From an uncultured Candidatus Saccharibacteria bacterium (GTDB lineage Bacteria > Patescibacteriota > Minisyncoccia > Phycocordibacterales > UBA9973), in assembly GCA_964527185.1 (NCBI GenBank), contig CAZGOI010000002.1:133532-197531 (forward strand): 64,000 nt of DNA. The letters run 5' to 3'. Positions 57,349 to 64,000 of this stretch are shown here, in pieces (position 1 is the stretch's first letter; each line of letters opens with the position of its first letter). The notes beneath the pieces are model-generated. The model searched no databases. It was not told the origin of the DNA and saw nothing but the letters and a program-made list of their open reading frames with translations. The position numbers were made by a program, and so were the translations under genes.

Positions 57349-58766
57349 TATTTTTTATCAATTTTTATACTCAATTCTTTTAATTGTCTATCTGAAATTT
57401 CAGATGGAGACTTCATCATCAGATCTTTACCCTCGCCCGTTTTTGGAAATGCAATAACTTCACGAATATTTTCTTCATTTTCGAGTAACATCATAAATCG
57501 ATCAAAACCCCAGGCTATGCCTCCATGAGGTGGACAACCCGAGGAAAGGGCCTGTAGCATGTGGCCAAAATTCCTCTCAATTGTATTTGGTTGATAGCCC
57601 ATGATCTCAAATACTTTTCCAAGCGCTTCGGCTTCATGGTTTCTAATACTTCCACCACCTATTTCGTTACCGTTTAAAATAATATCGTATTGTGTAGTCA
57701 AAATTTCTCCAATATTTTTTTTGTTTATAAGCATTTTCATATACTCGTCCTTTGGCCTTGAAAATGGGTTGTGTGTAAAAGTCCATTCACCTTCGGCATC
57801 GGGGTTATCAGATTTATTTGTTTTCTCAAAAAATGGAAAATCAATTACCCAACAAAAAGCAAGTATGTCTGGGTCATTTTTATTTTCGCGAATATCTGGT
57901 CTATCGCTATTATATTTTTCCATAGCTTCAGCGTATGTAAGCCTAGGAAATGGAATTGTTTGTATTTTTTTATTTGGATAAAGATTTTTTAAAATACTTA
58001 TTATCAATTTTTCATTTAATTCCATTAAGTCTTCACGTTTAACAAAACTCATTTCAAGATCGAGTTGTGTAAATTCAGGTTGTCGGTCACCACGGGTATC
58101 TTCATCACGCATACAACGAGCAATTTGAAAATATTTTTCAACTCCCCCGGCCATAAGTAATTGTTTGTATTGCTGGGGTGATTGTGGCAGTGCATAAAAA
58201 TTTCCAGGATAGAGCCGTGAGGGTACTACATAATCCCGCGCACCTTCTGGTGTTGATTTAGTTAATATTGGTGTTTCTATTTCCACAAAATTTTCTTCAT
58301 CCAAAAAATCACGAATAAATTTTACAACCTTGTGTCTGTTACGAATATTCTTCTGCATTCTCGGACGACGCAGGTCTAGATATCTATACTCTAAGCGATT
58401 TTCCTCGCCTATTTCTAACCCAGATGATGTTATATCAAAATTAGGAGTATTTGCCATATTTAAGACTTCTATACCAGTAATCTCAAGTTCTATATCGCCA
58501 TTTATAATCCCCTCTTTTATATTTTTATCTGGACGTTTATTGACAATTCCATTTATCTTGAGCACCCATTCATTACGAACTTCTTTGATTGCCTCCATGG
58601 CAGAGGTGTGGTTTGGCAACACCACGCACTGAACTTTACCCGACATATCGCGCATATCGATAAAAACTAGTTTGCCTTGATCGCGTCTAACATCAACCCA
58701 ACCACAAATTATAATTTCCTTGCCAATATGTTCTTTTAAATCTTTTATGTATATCCTGTTTTTCAT
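57348..58766 (-). CDS. aspS: Aspartyl-tRNA synthetase, compact 472-aa form lacking the bacterial GAD insertion.
   Basis: N-terminal OB fold and class II motifs (QIARCMRDEDTRGDRQPEFTQLDLEM; C-terminal GGIAWGFDRFMML). Confidence 0.9.
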   Translation of the reverse strand: MKNRIYIKDLKEHIGKEIIICGWVDVRRDQGKLVFIDMRDMSGKVQCVVLPNHTSAMEAIKEVRNEWVLKINGIVNKRPDKNIKEGIINGDIELEITGIEVLNMANTPNFDITSSGLEIGEENRLEYRYLDLRRPRMQKNIRNRHKVVKFIRDFLDEENFVEIETPILTKSTPEGARDYVVPSRLYPGNFYALPQSPQQYKQLLMAGGVEKYFQIARCMRDEDTRGDRQPEFTQLDLEMSFVKREDLMELNEKLIISILKNLYPNKKIQTIPFPRLTYAEAMEKYNSDRPDIRENKNDPDILAFCWVIDFPFFEKTNKSDNPDAEGEWTFTHNPFSRPKDEYMKMLINKKNIGEILTTQYDIILNGNEIGGGSIRNHEAEALGKVFEIMGYQPNTIERNFGHMLQALSSGCPPHGGIAWGFDRFMMLLENEENIREVIAFPKTGEGKDLMMKSPSEISDRQLKELSIKIDKK

Positions 58767-58782
58767 ATTTTTAAAATTAATA

Positions 58783-59061
58783 TTAATGTATATCTTCCGT
58801 TATTAAAAAATCATACGGCAAAGAGATAATGAATGTAATAGCGACTAACAACCAGTAAAACGGCGTGTATAGATAGTAGAGAACGATATCGTGTTTTTTC
58901 ATATTAAAATACATTTTTTGGTTGGCTATGTTTAAATTGTTTATCGGTATGTATACTACCCCAAGGACAATCGTCAATATAATCCTTACAATTTTTACAG
59001 TTTTGATTAAAAAATAAATTGCTACAACTATTAATATTATTCTTAAAAAGTCATACCACAT
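58783..59061 (-). CDS. Hypothetical small membrane protein (92 aa).
   Basis: ORF with two or three hydrophobic helices. Confidence 0.3.
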   Translation of the reverse strand: MWYDFLRIILIVVAIYFLIKTVKIVRIILTIVLGVVYIPINNLNIANQKMYFNMKKHDIVLYYLYTPFYWLLVAITFIISLPYDFLITEDIH

Positions 59062-59063
59062 AA

Positions 59064-60035
59064 TTACATATCAACACCAACGTTAGAGCGGATAATCTTC
59101 ATTTTTTTGTTTGCAATTTCATTTGCTTTATTTTTGCCGGCTTCAAGAGTTTTTCTAACACCGTCTATATCATTTTTATATTTTTCTCGACGCTCGCGCA
59201 TAGGATTTACAAGGGCTATGACCTCATCAAAGAGCATATCTTTTGATTCTTTGTATGACATGCCACCTTTTTCATATCTAGATCTAAGTTTGCTAAGTTC
59301 TGATTGATCCAAAAAGAGTTTGTGGAGTGCAAAAATATTACAGGTCTCAGGGTCTTTTGGTTCTTCTGGAGTTTTTGAATCTGTCACGATACTCATAACT
59401 GCTTTTTTAATTTCTTCATCAGTTCCAAAAAGTGGGATTGTGTTTTTATAGCTCTTGCTCATCTTTTGACCATCGGTTCCTGGAACAACTGCAACTTCTT
59501 TTAAAATTAGATCTTTTGGCAACACAAATGTTTCCCCAAAAATATTATTGAATTTTTGAGCTGTATCGCGAGCGATCTCGACGTGTTGTTTTTGATCAGA
59601 ACCGATTGGAACAATCTCTGGGTCATAGAGTAAAATATCTGCAGCCATGAGCATCGGGTAATTAAATGTTCCAACACTTATTTCTTTATTTTTTGCCTCG
59701 GCATCTTTAAAAGCATGGGCGCGCATCAAGTAAGGCATGGTCGTGATGGTATCAAATATCCAAGCGAGTTCTGTGTGGGCAGGAATATCGGATTGTTTAA
59801 ATATTGTTACTTTTTCTGGATCAAGACCAATGGCCAAGTAATCGAGGGTGATATTTAAAATATTTTCAGCCATTTCATTTTTATCTTGAATGAAATTTAA
59901 AGCATGGTAGTCAGCTATCATTATGAAAGTTTCATATTCATCTTGTAACTCTACAAACTGACGCATAGCCCCAAAATAGTTGCCGATATGGGGCGCCCCG
60001 GTTGGTTTGACTCCTGAAAGCAGTCGTTTTTTCAT
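59064..60035 (-). CDS. trpS: Tryptophanyl-tRNA synthetase. The start is revised to MKKRLLSGVKPTG.
   Basis: HIGH-class motif (GAPHIGNY) and KMSKS. Confidence 0.9.
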   Translation of the reverse strand: MKKRLLSGVKPTGAPHIGNYFGAMRQFVELQDEYETFIMIADYHALNFIQDKNEMAENILNITLDYLAIGLDPEKVTIFKQSDIPAHTELAWIFDTITTMPYLMRAHAFKDAEAKNKEISVGTFNYPMLMAADILLYDPEIVPIGSDQKQHVEIARDTAQKFNNIFGETFVLPKDLILKEVAVVPGTDGQKMSKSYKNTIPLFGTDEEIKKAVMSIVTDSKTPEEPKDPETCNIFALHKLFLDQSELSKLRSRYEKGGMSYKESKDMLFDEVIALVNPMRERREKYKNDIDGVRKTLEAGKNKANEIANKKMKIIRSNVGVDM

Positions 60036-60139
60036 ATTTACCAATAATAGCAAAAAACCTTTAGTTTTGCACATTTTACCCACATATTTATTGCCAAAAT
60101 AAACATTTGCCAGTTTGACGGCTGTGCTACAATGCCCTT

Positions 60140-61531
60140 ATGGCAGATAGAAAACAAAATTTTCGAATCCCTCCGCAAAGTATAGATGCCGAGCAAGCAG
60201 TCCTCGGCTCGATCATGCTCCGCCCAGGCGCAATCCACGAGATCAATGATTTTATTATACCCGAATCTTTTTACGCATCTAAGCACGCCGATATCTACCG
60301 TGTCATGCTTGAACTCTCTGGCAAAGGCGAACCGATTGATATCCTATCGGTTTCGCAAAAATTAAAAGAGCATGGGTTGCTTGACCAAGTTGGTGGTAGT
60401 AGTTATTTGAGCGAGCTTGCTAATTCTGTTCCGGCTTCGACCAACATTAAACACTATGCGGAAATCGTCTCGAAGAAAAATATTTTAAGAAAAATCATTG
60501 AAGCCGGAGTTGATATTTCTGAACTTGGTTTTAAGGAAGAAGTTGAGGATGTTTTTGATATTCTCGATCAAGCTGAAAAGCGCATGATGAATATTTCAAG
60601 TAACACTGGCGGGCATGTGTTTGTTTCACTTAAAGATAGCTTGCCGGAAGCTTGGGACAGACTCGAGCGTTTGCACGACAACCGCGGCGAGTTGCGTGGC
60701 ATACCAACTGGGTTCCACGATCTCGATCAATACCTTTCTGGTTTGCAAAAATCAGACCTTGTCATCGTTGCGGCTAGGCCTTCTGTCGGTAAAACAACGC
60801 TTGCTCTAGACATCGCCCGCCAAGCGGCCCTCAACCACGGAGTGCCGACTGTAATTTTCTCACTTGAAATGAGCACTCAACAGCTCGTCGATAAAATGCT
60901 CGCCGCTCAATCAAAAGTAAATGCTTGGAACTTGCGCACGGGCAACCTGTCAGCTGAAAGTGAGTTTTCAAAAATCCGTGACTCGCTCGACAAGCTTTCA
61001 CGTGCGCCGATTTTTATCGACGACATGGCTGGTAATTCTATCGTTCGCATGCGTTCCGTCTGTCGCCGCATAAGAGCCGAGCACGGGCTTGGACTTATCA
61101 TTGTTGACTACTTGCAATTGATGTCGACTTCAAAAAATTATGATAGTATGGTCAACCAAGTTACAGAAATCTCTCGCTCACTAAAAGGGTTGGCAAAAGA
61201 ATTCAATGTCCCAGTTATAGCCATCTCGCAGCTTTCTCGTGCCGTCGAATCGCGTGGTGGCCGGCCGAGGCTATCAGACCTCCGAGATTCTGGTTCTATC
61301 GAACAAGATGCCGACGTCGTCATGTTTTTGCACCGCGAAGACAGAGGCAAGGATGAATCTGAAAAGACAAACATAGTTGAAATCTTGATCGAAAAACACC
61401 GAAATGGACCGATTGGAAAAGTTGAACTGTTTTTCGATGAAAAATTGAGCACCTTCCTGAGCGTTGCCCGACAAGATGTTACAAAATTCGCTTCTTCGAT
61501 GAATGAACTCGGTGACGTAGATCAATTCTAA
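60140..61531 (+). CDS. dnaB: Replicative DNA helicase DnaB.
   Basis: N-terminal DnaB domain (PPQSIDAEQAVLGSIML), Walker A AARPSVGKTTLAL and a RecA-like C-terminal domain. Confidence 0.9.
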   Translation: MADRKQNFRIPPQSIDAEQAVLGSIMLRPGAIHEINDFIIPESFYASKHADIYRVMLELSGKGEPIDILSVSQKLKEHGLLDQVGGSSYLSELANSVPASTNIKHYAEIVSKKNILRKIIEAGVDISELGFKEEVEDVFDILDQAEKRMMNISSNTGGHVFVSLKDSLPEAWDRLERLHDNRGELRGIPTGFHDLDQYLSGLQKSDLVIVAARPSVGKTTLALDIARQAALNHGVPTVIFSLEMSTQQLVDKMLAAQSKVNAWNLRTGNLSAESEFSKIRDSLDKLSRAPIFIDDMAGNSIVRMRSVCRRIRAEHGLGLIIVDYLQLMSTSKNYDSMVNQVTEISRSLKGLAKEFNVPVIAISQLSRAVESRGGRPRLSDLRDSGSIEQDADVVMFLHREDRGKDESEKTNIVEILIEKHRNGPIGKVELFFDEKLSTFLSVARQDVTKFASSMNELGDVDQF

Positions 61532-61534
61532 AAT

Positions 61535-62143
61535 ATGGATCCGATTGAAAAATTAGCACAAAAGTTCAAAGAATTCCCTGGTATCGGCGAACGCCAAGCC
61601 AAACGTTTTGTCTATTTTTTACTTCACAAAAATCCGAGCTATGTGAAAGAGCTCGGTGATGAAATTTTAAAAATTAAAAATACTATAAACCAGTGTCCGT
61701 CTTGCTTCTTGCATTTTCAAGGTGCAAAAAATAGTTTGTGCGAAGTATGCGGCAACCTAAAAACAGACCGTGGCTCACTTATTGTTGTTGAAAAAGACGC
61801 AGACTATGAGAGTATTAAAAGGAGTAAAAATTATAGCGGTATGTATTTTATTTTAGGCGGTTTGGTGCCAATCGTCACAAAGGAAACACCGAGTTTTGTC
61901 AGGACGGGCGAATTGGTAAAAATAGTCAAAGAGAGAATCGATAAAGAAAACTTGAAAGAAATTATCCTCGCTCTTTCGATCAATCCCCAAGGCGAACACA
62001 CTGATATGTATTTGCGCGAATTACTCGGGTCATTTGGCAGCAAAATAAAAATAGTCTCGCTTGGTCGCGGCCTATCAACAGGAACAGAACTTGAATATTC
62101 TGATTCTGAAACCATAAAAAACGCTCTGCGCAACAGAGCATAA
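61535..62143 (+). CDS. recR: Recombination protein RecR.
   Basis: HhH (FPGIGERQAKRF), C4 zinc finger (CPSC...CEVC) and a Toprim domain. Confidence 0.9.
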   Translation: MDPIEKLAQKFKEFPGIGERQAKRFVYFLLHKNPSYVKELGDEILKIKNTINQCPSCFLHFQGAKNSLCEVCGNLKTDRGSLIVVEKDADYESIKRSKNYSGMYFILGGLVPIVTKETPSFVRTGELVKIVKERIDKENLKEIILALSINPQGEHTDMYLRELLGSFGSKIKIVSLGRGLSTGTELEYSDSETIKNALRNRA

Positions 62144-62145
62144 AT

Positions 62146-62178
62146 AAACCACCAGATTTCTCAGGTGGTTTATTTTAT
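62146..62178. terminator. Bidirectional terminator hairpin (aaaccacc...ggtggttt) between recR and the 3' end of rplU.
   Basis: 8-bp stem, T-rich on both sides. Confidence 0.55.
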
Positions 62179-62532
62179 TGCAGAGATTTTGATTTCTGTA
62201 TATGGTTGGCGATGACCATTGCGCTTAAGGTAACGACTTTTTTGTTTATATTTTACAACTTTAATTTTCTTACCGCGGCCTGATGATTGAAAGATAGATT
62301 CTACTTTTGCATTTGAAATGTAGGGCGAGCCGATGGTCGTATCTTGACCGTCGTCGACGAGAAGAACCTTGTCAAAGACAATTTTATCACCAAAAGCGAA
62401 ATTGCCACTCAATTTTTCGATCTTGAGGACGTCGCCGACAAAGACTTTGTATTGTTTACCGCCAGTTTCAATGACAGCAAACTCGGTGTTTGTCTTTTCA
62501 GCCTTCTTTGTTTTTGGAGATGTTTTAGCCAT
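62170..62532 (-). CDS. rplU: 50S ribosomal protein L21, with an N-terminal basic extension of about 17 aa.
   Basis: FAVIETGGKQYKVFVGDVLKIEKL is the L21 core. Confidence 0.85.
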   Translation of the reverse strand: MAKTSPKTKKAEKTNTEFAVIETGGKQYKVFVGDVLKIEKLSGNFAFGDKIVFDKVLLVDDGQDTTIGSPYISNAKVESIFQSSGRGKKIKVVKYKQKSRYLKRNGHRQPYTEIKISAIK

Positions 62533-62616
62533 AATGCTTAATTTGTGATTTCCACAGGCCTGATATTACAGGAAAATTTTGAAAAAAGCAAGCTAAAAGC
62601 TATACTATATAGACGT

Positions 62617-63528
62617 ATGATATCTAAATACACGTATAAAGGTTTGACCTGGGTAGACCTCGAATCACCAACCGAAGACGAACTCGTGCACGTGATGGAA
62701 GAGTATTCGATACCGATTTCAATCGGCGAGGAAATGCACAATCGAAGCTTCCAATCAAAGATCGACATCTACCCTACCTTTATCTATTTGATTCTAAATT
62801 TTCCAGAGGTTTCCCACAAAGACGGAAGGAGTATGGAGCAGGAAATAGATTTTATCGTCGGGCATAAATTCATAATCACCACTCACTACGAGTTCATAGA
62901 CTCGCTCCACGAATTTTCGAAAACATTTGAAGTCGACGCCATTTTGGAAAAGCGCATGGATGTCGACCACGCTGGTTTTTTGTTTTTCCATTTGATCAAG
63001 ACGCTATATGTTCATTCGCGTTACCAGCTCAATGCTGTCAATACTATACTGCGCGATGTCGAGAAAAAAATATTTGAAGGCAACGAAGGCAAGATGGTGG
63101 CCAATATTTCAAACATAAATAGAACCCTACTTGATTTCAGACAAGCGCTTAGATTCCATCGAGAAGTTCTAAGTTCTTTTGAGATGGCTGCCAAAAGATT
63201 TTTTGGCGAGAAGTTCAGTTACTACCTCTCGGCTATTATTAGTGAATATAACAAAACCCAATCGATACTCGATTCGCACAAAGAGATACTCGACGACCTT
63301 CGTGAAACAAACGATTCCCTACTTGCAACCAAAACAACGGCAACAATAAAAATCTTGACGATTATCACCTTTGTCATCTCGCCGATCAGCGTCGTCTCAG
63401 CGATTTTTGCAATGAATACGAGCTTCAACCTCATTAAAACCAGAGAGCAGTTTTACTTGATGCTCGGTGGTATGTTTCTATCAAGTTTTTTAATATTTAT
63501 TTACTTCAAAACTAAAAAATGGCTTTAG
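62617..63528 (+). CDS. corA: CorA-like (MIT superfamily) divalent cation transporter. The start may be at 62545 or 62617.
   Basis: Cytoplasmic alpha/beta domain plus two C-terminal TM helices, with an AMN variant of the GMN loop motif (SAIFAMNTSF). Confidence 0.65.
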   Translation: MISKYTYKGLTWVDLESPTEDELVHVMEEYSIPISIGEEMHNRSFQSKIDIYPTFIYLILNFPEVSHKDGRSMEQEIDFIVGHKFIITTHYEFIDSLHEFSKTFEVDAILEKRMDVDHAGFLFFHLIKTLYVHSRYQLNAVNTILRDVEKKIFEGNEGKMVANISNINRTLLDFRQALRFHREVLSSFEMAAKRFFGEKFSYYLSAIISEYNKTQSILDSHKEILDDLRETNDSLLATKTTATIKILTIITFVISPISVVSAIFAMNTSFNLIKTREQFYLMLGGMFLSSFLIFIYFKTKKWL

Positions 63529-64000
63529 AAATTTTTAATTCTCTGTCGCGTAAAAAAGAGCATTTTGAACCACTTCGCAATGACCATGTCAGCCTGTATA
63601 CTTGCGGGCCGACGGTCTATAACTACGCCCATATTGGAAATTTGCGAGCTTTTGTATTTGGCGACATGCTCAAGCGGTACCTCTTGTATCGCGGGTATCA
63701 AGTCCGCCACATTATGAATATCACTGACGTCGATGATAAAACTATTCGCGATTCACAAAAAGAAAAAGGGGCATTGAAAGATTTCACAGAATTTTATACC
63801 GGCGAGTTCTATAAAGATCGAGATTCTCTAAACATCGTTCCGGCTGACAAGTACACAAAAGCTACTGATTTTATCGGCGAGATGATTAGCCTGATAGAAA
63901 AATTGATCGAGAAAGGTTTTGCTTATAAAACCGAAGATGGCTCAGTTTACTTTGATATTCGTAAAGATAAAGAATATGGCAAGCTTTCACATTTCAAAAT
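63519..64000 (+). CDS. cysS: Cysteinyl-tRNA synthetase, 3'-partial (runs off the window). It is not in the ORF track.
   Basis: Hand translation MALEIFNSLSRKKEHFEPLRNDHVSLYTCGPTVYNYAHIGNLRAFV... gives the class I HIGH motif in a CysRS context. Confidence 0.85.
   Translation, partial: MALEIFNSLSRKKEHFEPLRNDHVSLYTCGPTVYNYAHIGNLRAFVFGDMLKRYLLYRGYQVRHIMNITDVDDKTIRDSQKEKGALKDFTEFYTGEFYKDRDSLNIVPADKYTKATDFIGEMISLIEKLIEKGFAYKTEDGSVYFDIRKDKEYGKLSHFK

Overview
This 64-kb low-GC chromosomal window is gene-dense (over 90% coding) with many short intergenic gaps and rho-independent hairpins. It most likely comes from a small-genome bacterium; a Patescibacteria/CPR-type lineage is an inference from gene content and the scrambled gene order, not a measurement. 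Nearly all content is core housekeeping, and no transposase, integrase, CRISPR array, rRNA or obvious defence cassette was found.

Main contents, in order:
- Plus strand 1-17.6 kb: partial murC, two unknown envelope proteins, a PBP2-like transpeptidase, greA-lysS, and a rearranged division-wall block mraZ-rsmH-ftsL-ftsI-murF. Then tRNA-Glu, a NUDIX hydrolase, DoxX, rsmI, a predicted glycoside-hydrolase-like protein, ctpA and rplI.
- 17.6-25.2 kb: rpmA, then an accessory-looking stretch with a CAP/SCP-domain protein and a secreted protein-LemA-TPM cluster. It also holds a DNA-damage island: a small ORF and lexA under a promoter with an embedded Cheo-type LexA box, a SWIB-domain protein and a minimal Ogt/MGMT.
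- 25.2-32.0 kb, minus strand: a complete F1Fo ATP synthase operon (atpZ-like, B, E, F, H, A, G, D, C), with tRNA-Ile immediately upstream.
- 32-49 kb: an RRM protein, prfA, rpmE, an MltB-like lytic transglycosylase with a coiled-coil N-terminus, rplY and an FAD-linked oxidase. Then a sugar-phosphate module (fba, pfkB kinase, split transketolase, rpe-like, rpiB, gapA) and dapF, followed by a MazG-like protein, NUDIX, PNPOx, gatB, a roughly 640-nt non-coding region ending in tRNA-Leu, and a coiled-coil M23 peptidase.
- 49.5-64 kb: gltX-murG-ftsW-mraY-scpB-scpA-HIT-aspS-trpS on the minus strand, dnaB-recR on the plus strand, rplU on the minus strand, then a CorA-like transporter and partial cysS on the plus strand.

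The items most worth a second look are the SOS-box promoter driving a small unknown gene together with lexA, and the lexA-SWIB-ogt arrangement. Also notable are the 10-bp-phased MraZ-box array, the long hairpin-rich non-coding region at 48.8-49.5 kb, the unknown envelope and small proteins, and the coiled-coil-fused peptidoglycan hydrolases.
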